From Planctomycetota bacterium (lineage in GTDB: Bacteria > Planctomycetota > GCA-002687715 > CAIWVZ01), in NCBI GenBank assembly GCA_044222185.1, contig JBGANV010000002.1, positions 868,711 to 932,710 of the forward strand: a stretch of DNA of 64,000 nt, written 5' to 3'. The notes under the pieces are model-generated. The model did not search any database, was not told the DNA's origin, and saw nothing but the letters and a program-made list of their open reading frames with translations. A program made the position numbers and the translations under genes. Every line of letters starts with the position of its first letter. The first letter of the stretch is position 1. Of this stretch, positions 10,174 to 20,256 are shown piece by piece.

Positions 10174-11135
10174 TGTTCCGATTCGGCATCACCGACCTCA
10201 CCGGATTGGCGTCCGCCGAATCGACGCCGGGGCGCGAGGTCTCGGCGCCGCTGTTGTGGTCCGCGCTCCACGCGGATCCGGAGCGGTGGGGTGGCCCGTG
10301 CCGCGCCGCGTTCAATCGCATGCGGATGGGGAACGGGGTCTACAAGTACACGGCGCCTCATCGGTTCGACGACATCATGCCCGCGCTCATGGACGTCCTG
10401 CGGCGGGAACTCGGCGCGCAGGATCCGCTTCACGTTCATGACCTCGGCGTGAGCGACGGCACGACGTCCTTCGAACTGCACGCCGAGCTCGCGCGGCATT
10501 GGAAGCGGATCCGATTCGTCATGTCGGATTTCTTCGACTCGCTCTACGTCGTTCGATTCGAAGACTCGCCGTGGACGTGCATCCTCGACGCGACGCTGGC
10601 ACCCATCCAATACGTCAGTCGCCGATTCGTGCTCACGCCGCAGCGGCGACCCGGCTGGCGGCTGCCCTTCAATCGACTCCTGCTGCGATCGGTGGAGCGC
10701 GCGCTCGGGCCGCGGGCGACGGATGCCGCGAAGCGTAGCGATCTCGCCGTGGAGCCTCCGAAGTCGCCGCCTGGCGTGCGGATCGAGCGCGTTCGCATGG
10801 TCACGAAGGCCTGTGCCGACCTGCTCGCCCGGGATTCCAACGTGACGTTCATCCGTCACGACGTGCTCACGCCGATCGCGGGCAAGTTCCACCTCGTCCG
10901 CGCCATGAACGTCCTCAACCGGTCGTACTTCGATGCGGCCCAGCTCGCGCTCGCGATCTCCCACGCCCGCGAGGCCCTCCACGACGGCGGCGTCCTCGTC
11001 GTCGGCCGGTGCATCGACGAGCAGGATGGACGCAGCGCCACGACCGTCTATCGCAAGTCCGGCGGCAAGCTCGAGTTCATCACTCGTTTCCACGAGGGCT
11101 CGGAGCTGGAATCGCTGATTGGCGCGATGCGCTGA
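10173..11135 (+). CDS. Hypothetical protein, SAM-methyltransferase-like (CheR-like C-terminus)
   Basis: VHDLGVSDG motif-I-like; HDVLTP..GKFHLVRAMNVL resembles CheR C-terminus; TGATG overlap with hemL. Confidence 0.55.
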   Translation: MFRFGITDLTGLASAESTPGREVSAPLLWSALHADPERWGGPCRAAFNRMRMGNGVYKYTAPHRFDDIMPALMDVLRRELGAQDPLHVHDLGVSDGTTSFELHAELARHWKRIRFVMSDFFDSLYVVRFEDSPWTCILDATLAPIQYVSRRFVLTPQRRPGWRLPFNRLLLRSVERALGPRATDAAKRSDLAVEPPKSPPGVRIERVRMVTKACADLLARDSNVTFIRHDVLTPIAGKFHLVRAMNVLNRSYFDAAQLALAISHAREALHDGGVLVVGRCIDEQDGRSATTVYRKSGGKLEFITRFHEGSELESLIGAMR

Positions 11136-11156
11136 CGGTCCGCGGTCGCTCCGGGT

Positions 11157-12644
11157 TCACACGTTCCACGGGGGCGCCAGCAACCTTCGCTTGCCGTCGG
11201 CGGAGAGCGGCGGCGGATTGGCTCGATCGAACTCCCGATCCCAGAGCTTGCACGTGACTTCCACGTGGCGCTGATCGAGGGCCTCGCAGTAGTTGGTGAA
11301 CGTGCAGCGGCGGACCTCGCTGCCACGACCAAGCTCGATCTTGCGGAACCAGTCCGGGTCGGCGAGTGACTGACGCGCGGCCGCGACGACGTCGGCTTCC
11401 TGCCGCAGGAGAATGCCCTCGGCCTGGTCGAACGTCGTCACGCCGCCGGCGGTGACGATCGGGACCTGGAACCCGGCCTTGCGGACGGCATGGCGGATTT
11501 CGGCGGAGAGGTGCACGTTGCGACCGAAGGGCCCGCGCGCATCCGACTTCACCGTCGGCATGCATTCGTGACCGCTCGGCCCCGTGTAGGGATAGACGGC
11601 CTCACCCACCTTCGGCTGCCTCGCATCGTCGAACTTCCCGCCCTTCGAGATCGAGAGGAAGTCGGCACCGGCGCGGGCGAAGCTCACGCCGAACGACACG
11701 GCATCTTCGATGCGGCTTCCGCCGTCGATGGCCTCGTCCCCGAGATAGCGAAGACCGACGCACCAATCGTCGCCCACGCGCTTGCGCACGGCGGAGAGGA
11801 CCTCGATCGGGAGCCGCGCGCGGCCATCCAGCGTCGTTCCGTAGCCGTCCGTGCGCGTGTTCGTCCGTGAGAGGAACGAAGCCATCGTGTAGGCGTGGGC
11901 GTAATGAAGCTCGACGCCGTCGAAGCCGGCGCGCCGCGCCCGGTCGGCGGCATCGGCGAAGAGCGGGGGAAGCGTCCGCGGCAGGTCGTTCACGTGCGGG
12001 AGATGGACGTCCGTGACCCGCTCGCGGTATCCGAAGTCCAGATCGTCGCGCTCGCGCGGCGAGAGGATCGAACGAGCCTGCTCGATCGGCAGGCGGCAGA
12101 GCGCTGCCCGAACGACGGCGTCATCGGCCTCGAGCAGCGTGACGTCGCCGAGGACGCGGGCCAGACCCTCGCGATGCGTCTGGACGATCCGGAGGAACTG
12201 GCCGAAGAACCGGGCGGGCTCAGGACGGCGCCTGACGGCGAGGAAGTCGATGCACTGGATGAGGAGTCGAGTCTGACCGCCACTCGCGGCGCGCACGGTG
12301 CGCACCAGTTCGGCCAGCCCCGGGAGGTAGCGGTCGTGCCCGATGCGAAGCAGTGGCCCGCTCGGGATGTCGCGGATGCCGGTCGCTTCGACGACGATCA
12401 CTCCGGGCCGCCCTTCGGCGAAGCGCCGATACCAATCCAGCACCGCAGGAGTCACCAGGCCGTCGGCGGTGGCGCGCCACGGAACCATGGCCGGGACCCA
12501 CGTCCGCGTGCGGGCCACGAGTGAGCGGCCGAGGCGGACCGGAGAGAACCACCGCGCGCGTCGCGCCTCCTCCGCCGACGGCCATCGGGCGGGCGGCAGC
12601 GAATGGAAGACGGGGGCGAAGCCTTTGCTGCGGGAGTCGTTCAA
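11157..12644 (-). CDS. NADH:flavin oxidoreductase (Old Yellow Enzyme family)
   Basis: VEATG, AGFDGVELHYAHAY, FLS..N.RTDGYG, TAGG, ARQSLADPDW, C-terminal Cys cluster; start uncertain (TTG 12644, 7 nt after TAGAAT; alternative 12710). Confidence 0.88.
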   Translation of the reverse strand: MNDSRSKGFAPVFHSLPPARWPSAEEARRARWFSPVRLGRSLVARTRTWVPAMVPWRATADGLVTPAVLDWYRRFAEGRPGVIVVEATGIRDIPSGPLLRIGHDRYLPGLAELVRTVRAASGGQTRLLIQCIDFLAVRRRPEPARFFGQFLRIVQTHREGLARVLGDVTLLEADDAVVRAALCRLPIEQARSILSPRERDDLDFGYRERVTDVHLPHVNDLPRTLPPLFADAADRARRAGFDGVELHYAHAYTMASFLSRTNTRTDGYGTTLDGRARLPIEVLSAVRKRVGDDWCVGLRYLGDEAIDGGSRIEDAVSFGVSFARAGADFLSISKGGKFDDARQPKVGEAVYPYTGPSGHECMPTVKSDARGPFGRNVHLSAEIRHAVRKAGFQVPIVTAGGVTTFDQAEGILLRQEADVVAAARQSLADPDWFRKIELGRGSEVRRCTFTNYCEALDQRHVEVTCKLWDREFDRANPPPLSADGKRRLLAPPWNV

Positions 12645-12730
12645 GCGGCCGATTCTATCGTCGACGCGTGACCCGGCGCACGGACGCGAATAGACTGCGC
12701 GCCGCATCACCCGCCAATGGAAGGTCCACC

Positions 12731-14584
12731 ATGACTGCTCTTGGGCGCTTTCTCGTCACCGTTCTCGTGGCCGTCGCCTCCAGCGCTTTCGTCCCGGCGC
12801 AGGGGGGAGACGTGCTCCTGCTCGTCGCCGACAACACGCCACCGACGGTCAAGGCCTCGATCGAGCGCGGGCTGAAGGCGGGAGTGACTCCTTCGACGGT
12901 CCGCACGGCGTCGCCGAAGGCACTCGCTGCTGCCCTGAAGGACAAGACACCGCTCGCGATCGTCATCTACTCGGAGCCGAACGACGTCCAGTCCGTCACC
13001 CGCGAGGGCGAGAAGCTGAAGGTCCCGGTGATCGACCTCGGTCATACGGTCGTGCGCTCCAAGCCCGTGCCCTTCTCCCAGTACGCCGATCCGGCCGAGG
13101 AGGCCAACTGCGCCGCGTACTGGCTGATGCTGCCGTTCGCGCATTACGACGTCGCCGTGTTCGCTCCGACGTCAGGTCCGCTGCAAGCGAGCGCGAAGGC
13201 GTTCGAGGCGGCCATGAAGAGCCTGCTGGACAAGCGGATCCTCTCCACGGGTTCACCGCCGACCGATGCCAAGTCGGCGGCCGCAGCGTTGGAGAAGGCA
13301 CGAGCTGCGGGCGCGACGGCGGCGTACGTCTGTGCCGAACCCGGAGACGTCATGCTTCTCGCGAAGGCGGCAAAGGCCATGAGCCCGCCCATGGTCGTGA
13401 TGGCGTCATCCGCAGCGCTCGGGTTCAGTGGAACTCGACGGGACGACCCGACGGCGCCGCAACCGTACCCCGACGGGACGGTCATCATCGGGCGCGATCT
13501 CCCCGAGATTCCGACGTGGAAGGATTTCCCCGAGCAGAAGCCGCTCTTCTCGCAGACGGGCGACTCGACGTTCCACGAGATCGAGGCGTTCGACGCGGGT
13601 CTCGCCGTCGCGCGCGCGCAGAAGGCCGGCGCAGAGTCCGGGGCGGACGTCGCGGCGAAGCTCGCCGACGGTACGGCGGCCGGGCTGCGCGGTACGTTGG
13701 CGGACGCGGGTAAGGGCGAGAGCTTCGGGAGCAGCCGACTGCGCTACGTGCCGTGGTTCATGGACGGCGGGAAGCTGAAGCCATTCCCAGCCGTCGGCGA
13801 TCCCGAGAAGCCGCGGCCGAGGCCAACACGCTCGGCCTATCCCACGACGGGTTGGAACTCATTCACGCAATGGAACACCGGCGTGTTCCGCGCCGACCCG
13901 GGCTCGACGATCGTGGAGTTCGCCTGGACGGATGGCAAGCTCCGCACGATCGAGCAGGAACTCGGGACGATGAAGTGCTCGACCGGTGGCGCGCAGCCGG
14001 TGATCGATCACATCATCCGCGAGAAGCTGATGGCGCAGGTGCTCGGGGTCGCCTCGGAGAAATTCAAACGCAATCGGGACGGCACGGCGAAGTCCGGCGA
14101 GTCGTTCAACATCTCGTTGGTTCACCGCGCACCGGGGAAGATCAAGCACAAGCAGATCTGGAAGGCGTACGTCGCGGGCGATGATCCGGAGGCCGGCGGC
14201 CGCGCATTCGGCACCTACTGCTTCATCTACAGCACGTTCATCTATCGGACCATCTTCAAAGGGCACGAGCTTGACGAGCCGCTCGCCCTGGCCGATCTGG
14301 ATGACCTGTGCCTCCCCATGGCCGAGGGCGATCTCTACGTCGCCGGGACACGGCGCAACGTGATCTACCAGATCATCGTGATGTTCGGCGGGTCGATGGC
14401 TCTGACCGCGGCGCACGAGATCGGGCACCTCGCCAGCCTCGGTCACGACGAGAAAGATCCGCACAGCCTGATGAACGTGAAGGAAGGTGCAGGTATCCAC
14501 CACGACGCCGGGTTCTTCATCCCCGAGCACTGCGCGATCATGGAGAAGACGCTGGGCATCGTCCCGAAGGCGACCAAACCGTAG
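12731..14584 (+). CDS. Secreted protein: periplasmic-binding-protein-like N-terminus plus C-terminal metzincin-like zinc site
   Basis: Signal peptide MTALGRFLVTVLVAVASSA; alternating alpha/beta PBP-like region; AHEIGHLASLGH followed by SLMN Met-turn. Confidence 0.6.
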   Translation: MTALGRFLVTVLVAVASSAFVPAQGGDVLLLVADNTPPTVKASIERGLKAGVTPSTVRTASPKALAAALKDKTPLAIVIYSEPNDVQSVTREGEKLKVPVIDLGHTVVRSKPVPFSQYADPAEEANCAAYWLMLPFAHYDVAVFAPTSGPLQASAKAFEAAMKSLLDKRILSTGSPPTDAKSAAAALEKARAAGATAAYVCAEPGDVMLLAKAAKAMSPPMVVMASSAALGFSGTRRDDPTAPQPYPDGTVIIGRDLPEIPTWKDFPEQKPLFSQTGDSTFHEIEAFDAGLAVARAQKAGAESGADVAAKLADGTAAGLRGTLADAGKGESFGSSRLRYVPWFMDGGKLKPFPAVGDPEKPRPRPTRSAYPTTGWNSFTQWNTGVFRADPGSTIVEFAWTDGKLRTIEQELGTMKCSTGGAQPVIDHIIREKLMAQVLGVASEKFKRNRDGTAKSGESFNISLVHRAPGKIKHKQIWKAYVAGDDPEAGGRAFGTYCFIYSTFIYRTIFKGHELDEPLALADLDDLCLPMAEGDLYVAGTRRNVIYQIIVMFGGSMALTAAHEIGHLASLGHDEKDPHSLMNVKEGAGIHHDAGFFIPEHCAIMEKTLGIVPKATKP

Positions 14585-14739
14585 TGCGGCCTGCGGAAGT
14601 CGGGCTCGGCGGGCCCGGGTCCGATGCGGTCAACTTCCCTTGAAGATCCCGGGGTCGTCTGCCAGAGTACGCGCCGTTCTTGCATCGGCAGGAACGAAGC
14701 AGCCCTGAGTCCTCAGCACGATACTAGCTGGAACCAACC

Positions 14740-14829
14740 ATGGCAACGAACAGCCGACGAGTGAAGAGAGCCAACCACGGGAAGCGCCCGCGCAATCGTC
14801 TGAAGCGCCGGAAGCACCGTCGCCTCTGA
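14740..14829 (+). CDS. 29-aa basic protein, ribosomal protein bL37-like
   Basis: MATNSRRVKRANHGKRPRNRLKRRKHRRL; contains the ANHGKRP motif of bL37; followed by a terminator; below ORF-track cutoff. Confidence 0.75.
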   Translation: MATNSRRVKRANHGKRPRNRLKRRKHRRL

Positions 14830-14880
14830 TTCACCGCTGACTCGCGACTTCATCAGGCCAGTCGCGCAGGAAACTTGCCG

Positions 14881-14920
14881 GGGGCTCGCCACTTGCTCGT
14901 GGCGGGTCCCTTTCTTTTTC
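14881..14920 (+). terminator. Rho-independent terminator
   Basis: GGGGCTCGCCAC-ttgctc-GTGGCGGGTCCC hairpin followed by TTTCTTTTT. Confidence 0.8.
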
Positions 14921-15077
14921 CGGAGCGCCAGGCTCCGTCTGGCTCGGCGGGGGAGGCTCCGCCTGTACCGGAACGTCGATGGGCTTCTCGTTCGCAACGC
15001 ACAGGAGCCCGATCGATCACCGCACCGCCCAGGCAGGGCGGAAGCCCTGCCACCCACCCGCGCGGAGCGCTGCGCTC

Positions 15078-18000
15078 CTACGGGTACTGCACGAATCCCA
15101 GCGGCAGCGAGGTGATCGCCGGCACGAACGGCACGCACTGCGCTGGCGCGGGCGTCGTGAGGCCGCAGAACGACGGGACGACGTTTCCAGACACCATCAG
15201 GCTTTGCAGCGTCGTGCGCAGCGCATTCGCGGCGGTCAGACCGTGTGCGTTCACGGCGACGCGTACGCGGCCGACGCCGGCTGATCCGCCGTTCGCCGTG
15301 ATCGTGGTGGGAGTCGTACCCTGCGGGGGCCGCCCGCCGATGCCGCCCATGGCGCTGAGTACCTTCACGTTGGACGGCAGCGCAGCCGGAAATTGGGCGT
15401 CGGCGACCGCCCCGATGAAGATCGATCCGCCGGAGCCGGCTCCGCCGCTTCCAGGCGCGCAGAGAACGAGCAGCGGGTCCTGGTTCGGGATCGGGAATGC
15501 GTCGATGCCTCGCTGACCGTCCTCGCCGTTGGCGAAGATGCGGCCGTGGGACCCCAGGGCGAAGATCCGATCCGACAGGAGGACGACGGAGCCTCCGCCG
15601 TTGCCTCCGCGACCACCGATCGAGAGACACGGCACGATGATCGCGAGTGAGCCGCCACCGCCGCCACCACCCGATCCGCCGGCGAAGAACCCGCTGGGGA
15701 ACGCGCTCCCGGACGATGGGAGAAGCGTCGCGAAGTCGCTCGCAGTGGCTCCGAAGATGTCCACGTCGGCAGCCGGTCGACCGGGCGTCGCCGCGGGAAC
15801 GTTGGCGTTGCTTCCGTAGGTGACGCCGGCAGTCGCGGCGAGCGTGGCGCCTGCCTGCCCGGGGAATCCCGGCGTTGCGAACCCGGCACCGGCACCGGCG
15901 CCCGCTTGTCCACCGGTGGGCGATACGCCGAGTCCCCCGCGCCCGCCGGACGGCACGTACGTCGCCGCGCCGGTCGCTCCGCACGGCGTCGTCGTTCCGT
16001 TGGCGAGCAGCTTCTCGCGCTCGCGGTCCATCGGGAAGTACCCACACGATGCCGCCAACTGCGCAGCCGACGCGCCCAGGTTCGGAGACGGGATCACGAG
16101 AGGCAGCGTGGGAAGCACGCGCACGCTGCTCGGTGTCCCGATCACCGGAAGCGTCGCCAATCCCCACGGGTAATAGGCTCCGCCGTGCCCTCCGAGGCCG
16201 CCGCCGGCCGGCGGTCGTTGGAACTCCGTGCGGAAGTAGAAGAGGTGGGGCGACCCGAGGACGTTCGTGCTCGCGTCCGCGAGTGACCCGCCTCCGACGT
16301 TCAGGAGGCCGTCGAAACGAAGATCTCCATGCGACCTGAGAACGAACGGGTAGTTCTGGTCCACCAGGTTGTGGACGTTGAATCCGGCCGTCGAACCGCT
16401 CGCCGTGAATTCCGTCGCCGTGGCTTTGAAGATCACGCGCTTTGGTCCCGCGCTGATCGTTCCGAACGGCGTGTTGACGGAGGTCGCGAGCTGGATGGTC
16501 GCCGGAACGTCGATGGCGTCGAAGTCGAAGATGCGCGGCGACCCGTCATGGCGTCGCGTGTTGAACAAGAAGATGCCGTCGTACATGTTCGACGTGAAGC
16601 AGGGGTTCCCGTTCGCGTTGTCGAGGGCGAAATCCTCGGCCGGGTTCGGGTTCGGGAGGAATGCGAGGCCCTGTCCGACCAGGACGTTCGTCACCGAGGG
16701 ATTCCATTCAGCCAACGCCTGAAGCGCGCAGCGGTCGAGGCGGTGGAAGCGATCCGCCGGGAGCAGCGGAGGAACGGCGTCGAGGCTGTTCGCGGGGTCC
16801 GTGAGTCGCGGGACGACGTCGATCGTGATCGGATTCGAGATGCGGCCGTCCGGGTTGATCACCGTCACGCTGATGGTCGCTGGCGCGGCCAGAGGGAGCG
16901 GAAGATCCGCGATCAGCGTGTTGCCGTCGAGCAGCACGACGCGTGGCGCTACGACCCCGCCGAACATGACGACGGGGACGTTGACCGCTGCCAGTTGCGG
17001 CACGACGCCGAACCCCTGGGAAACGCCGTCAGCGCACGGGGTGGATTCGAGCGAGCACGGAGCCGGGCTGCCGCCCGTTGGCGCTGGGCAGGCCGGCGTC
17101 GTCGGCGACGTCAGGTTGCAGTCGCAGCCGAAGGTATTGGTCGGCGCCGGCAGCGTTCGCGCGAAGAAGTTCGACCCGCAGATCGTGACGGGCGTCGAGA
17201 CGAGCTGCGCGAGAGTCCCTGCGGAGGTCGTGAGAGTGCGCAGCCCGCCGGGTGTGATCACGTTTGGGACCACCGATGCGAGGCTCGGTGGGTTCGCGTC
17301 CTGCACGAGCACGTCCATCTCGTTGCTGGGGAGCTCCGTTTGGTTTCCCGTTCGAACGCAGCGCGGGTTGACAACTCGCAGTCGCTTCACGCCGAGGTAG
17401 GGCCTCCACGCACCCGTCTGGTCGCCGACCGAGGCGGTGACGCTGATCGAGGACGACGACGTGACGCCCGCCGCAGCACCCACCGCGGCGAACAGGGGTT
17501 GCTGCGGGTTTGCCGCGTCGAAGATCTCGGTTCGCGTCTGTGCGAGCACCGACGACTGCTGCGGCACGGTCGGGGCGCCGAACAGCGGGCTGAACCCGGA
17601 GATGAAGTTCGTTCCCGTCAGCGACAACGTCGAGCCCGTGTCGAGGATGACGGGGTAGGACGATGGCCCGCCGAGGACGTTCACGGCAGTGGTCGGCTGC
17701 GCGTTGGTGATGGTCGGCGCCAGCTCGACGTACGTGAGCGTGAACGGAGCCGTCACCTGCTGATCGGGGTTGATGATCTCGAGGGTCACCGGGCCCGTGC
17801 AGTAGGGTGGCGCCTGGATCGTGAGCGTCGTGGGCGTCGGGGTGCCCAAAATGCACGAACCCGCATTCGCGAATGCGCCCGCGGCAGGTGCGAACGTCGT
17901 CGAGGTCCCCGCGCCAACGGGCGTGAACCGGACGCTCGCACCCACGAGGAAGTCCGTCCCCGAGATCGTGATCTGCCCACCCTCGGGTGAGATCGACGCG

Positions 18001-20243
18001 GAGGGAGTGACGGCGCTGATCACAGGCCCGCGTCCCAGGCAGTAAGTGAAATTCACGGGCGCGAAGATCGGCGCGACGGACGGTGGGTTCGTGATGAGCT
18101 GGATCGGGAACGAGCCCACGGTGGATGCCGGCGGGCACGACGGCATGGCCGCGGGCGGGACGACCGCGGTGATCGTCGTGCTGTCGACGACCACGACGTT
18201 CGAACAGGCCACTCCCGCGATCGTGAGCGCGGGGAGGTTGCAGTTCGCCTGCGCCGGGAAGTTGACTCCCGTGAGCGTGAGGAGCGTTCCGCCGGTCTCG
18301 ATGCCGGAGGGGGCTGGCGTTCCGGCGGGGCAGGTGTTGCCGGATGCGACGACGCTCGTGATGACCGGGTCGTCGTACACGAGCGTGGCCTGCGCCGTGC
18401 GCTGCCCGTCGAGGTTGATCACTTCGACGAGAACGTTCCCCGAGCAGAAAGGCGGGGCCGTGACCGTCACCGTCGTCGCCGAGGGGCCCGTGGTGCTACA
18501 TGCGCCGATTGCTGCGAAGGCGGACGGAGGCGGGGAGATGTCGAATACCCCGGTGGGCGGCGGCGGTGTGAATCGCACGATGGCGCCGTTGAGGAAATCC
18601 ACGCCGGAGATCGTAACTGTGGCGCCGTCCGCCGGGACGTGCGACGGCGTGATCGACGTGATCGTCGGCGTGCGGCCCAGGCAGTAGAGGAAGTTCTGCG
18701 GAGCGAGGATCGGCACGGTCGCTGGCGGATTCGTCACGAGCTCGACTGGGAACGATCCGATGGACGTCGACGGTGGACACGAGGGCGTCGGGATCGGCGG
18801 CACCTGGGCGACGATCGCGTTGCTGTTGAGCACGACGACGTTCGTGCAGGCGACGCCGCCGACCGTGATCGACGGCGCGCCGCAATTGGGCTGGGCTGGA
18901 AAGTTGATCCCGGTGATGGTGATGAACGTACCGCCCGTTTCGGCGCCGCTCGGAGTCGGGGATCCGCTCGCGCAATCGTTCCCGGAGGACGTCAGCCCGA
19001 GGATCACGGGTGCGTCGTACTGGAGTGACGTCGAAGCGGAGGCCTGCCCGTCGGGGTTGATCACCTGGACGGCCACGACGCCGGAGCACAGCGGCGGCGC
19101 TTGCAGCGAGACGATCGTCGCCGTCGTCGCCGACGTGGAGCACGCACCGAGGCTCGCGAAGGAGCCGGGCGGAGGCGTCACGTCGACGGGCGCGCCGGGC
19201 GGATTCGTCGGAGTGAACCGCACGATCGCCCCCACGAGGAAGTCGGAGCCGATCAACGTGATCGGTGCTCCGTCCGCGGGGATCGTCGGCGGGAGGATCG
19301 ACCCGATCGCGGGAGTCCGCCCCGAGCAGTACGTGAAGTTGACGGGGGCCGACGCGAACGTCGAGGACGGCGAGAGCGTGGTGTTGTTGCGCACGGCGAC
19401 GGTTGCGGCGCCGGCAGACGTGGCCGGAGGGCAGGTGGCGAACGGCGTCGCGGGAACGATCGCCGTGATCGTGGTCGAGTTCACGACCGTGACGGAGGTG
19501 GCCGGAACGCCTCCGACGAGCACGTCGGGGGGGAACGTGACGGCGTTCGATTGGGCGAGGAAGTTCGTGCCCGTGATCGTGAGCAGAGAGCCGCCCGTCT
19601 CGGGTCCGGACGGAGATGGCGTACCGACCGGGCAGGATCCACTCGATGTGACGCCCGTCACCGCTGGTGGAAAGTTCACCGCCGGATCGACCAACTGGAA
19701 CTCCACGGCGTTGGAGAGGAGGAACGGCGTGGCGCCGCCGGAGCCGTCGTCGCAGATGGCTTGCAACGTCAGCGGGGGGAGGCCCGGCAATGCGAATTGG
19801 GGGTCGAATAGATCGGCGCCGACCGTGATCGCGAACGAGCTTGGACCGGCGATGCCGGGCGCGAAGACCGGGTCGAATGGACGGGAGTACGAATCGATGA
19901 CGAAGAGCGGCGCGGGAGCCGCGTTCGGGTCGATGAAAGCGATGCCCGGGAGCGGCGTGGCGGGAACGAGAACGCCGTTGCAGCTCGCCACGCCGAGCAC
20001 CAGGAGGATCCTCCGCGGAGTGACCCCAGAGAATGGCGAACTGGGTGTCGACGCGAAGGTGAGCGTCAGTGCCTCGGTGCGGACGACGTCGAGGATCAGC
20101 GGGATCGTCGTCGTCGAACACGTCACCGTCGTCGCCGGTGTGAGGTGAGACGGCGACGGAGTCGTCAGGGTCAACGTGAAGGACTGGGCGCACAGGCTCG
20201 CGGAACACAGGGCCGCGAACGCAACGGTCAAGACTCTTCGCAT
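15078..20243 (-). CDS. Giant secreted/surface protein with tandem Cys-containing IPT/TIG domains and Gly-rich C-terminus
   Basis: Signal peptide; repeated GGT..TITG.NF / V.GGV..T.V.V..S..ITA.VP / VINPDGQ units; GGSGGGGGG..GGSI C-terminal block. Confidence 0.85.
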   Translation of the reverse strand: MRRVLTVAFAALCSASLCAQSFTLTLTTPSPSHLTPATTVTCSTTTIPLILDVVRTEALTLTFASTPSSPFSGVTPRRILLVLGVASCNGVLVPATPLPGIAFIDPNAAPAPLFVIDSYSRPFDPVFAPGIAGPSSFAITVGADLFDPQFALPGLPPLTLQAICDDGSGGATPFLLSNAVEFQLVDPAVNFPPAVTGVTSSGSCPVGTPSPSGPETGGSLLTITGTNFLAQSNAVTFPPDVLVGGVPATSVTVVNSTTITAIVPATPFATCPPATSAGAATVAVRNNTTLSPSSTFASAPVNFTYCSGRTPAIGSILPPTIPADGAPITLIGSDFLVGAIVRFTPTNPPGAPVDVTPPPGSFASLGACSTSATTATIVSLQAPPLCSGVVAVQVINPDGQASASTSLQYDAPVILGLTSSGNDCASGSPTPSGAETGGTFITITGINFPAQPNCGAPSITVGGVACTNVVVLNSNAIVAQVPPIPTPSCPPSTSIGSFPVELVTNPPATVPILAPQNFLYCLGRTPTITSITPSHVPADGATVTISGVDFLNGAIVRFTPPPPTGVFDISPPPSAFAAIGACSTTGPSATTVTVTAPPFCSGNVLVEVINLDGQRTAQATLVYDDPVITSVVASGNTCPAGTPAPSGIETGGTLLTLTGVNFPAQANCNLPALTIAGVACSNVVVVDSTTITAVVPPAAMPSCPPASTVGSFPIQLITNPPSVAPIFAPVNFTYCLGRGPVISAVTPSASISPEGGQITISGTDFLVGASVRFTPVGAGTSTTFAPAAGAFANAGSCILGTPTPTTLTIQAPPYCTGPVTLEIINPDQQVTAPFTLTYVELAPTITNAQPTTAVNVLGGPSSYPVILDTGSTLSLTGTNFISGFSPLFGAPTVPQQSSVLAQTRTEIFDAANPQQPLFAAVGAAAGVTSSSSISVTASVGDQTGAWRPYLGVKRLRVVNPRCVRTGNQTELPSNEMDVLVQDANPPSLASVVPNVITPGGLRTLTTSAGTLAQLVSTPVTICGSNFFARTLPAPTNTFGCDCNLTSPTTPACPAPTGGSPAPCSLESTPCADGVSQGFGVVPQLAAVNVPVVMFGGVVAPRVVLLDGNTLIADLPLPLAAPATISVTVINPDGRISNPITIDVVPRLTDPANSLDAVPPLLPADRFHRLDRCALQALAEWNPSVTNVLVGQGLAFLPNPNPAEDFALDNANGNPCFTSNMYDGIFLFNTRRHDGSPRIFDFDAIDVPATIQLATSVNTPFGTISAGPKRVIFKATATEFTASGSTAGFNVHNLVDQNYPFVLRSHGDLRFDGLLNVGGGSLADASTNVLGSPHLFYFRTEFQRPPAGGGLGGHGGAYYPWGLATLPVIGTPSSVRVLPTLPLVIPSPNLGASAAQLAASCGYFPMDREREKLLANGTTTPCGATGAATYVPSGGRGGLGVSPTGGQAGAGAGAGFATPGFPGQAGATLAATAGVTYGSNANVPAATPGRPAADVDIFGATASDFATLLPSSGSAFPSGFFAGGSGGGGGGGSLAIIVPCLSIGGRGGNGGGSVVLLSDRIFALGSHGRIFANGEDGQRGIDAFPIPNQDPLLVLCAPGSGGAGSGGSIFIGAVADAQFPAALPSNVKVLSAMGGIGGRPPQGTTPTTITANGGSAGVGRVRVAVNAHGLTAANALRTTLQSLMVSGNVVPSFCGLTTPAPAQCVPFVPAITSLPLGFVQYP

Positions 20244-20256
20244 GCTCGCCTCGCGA

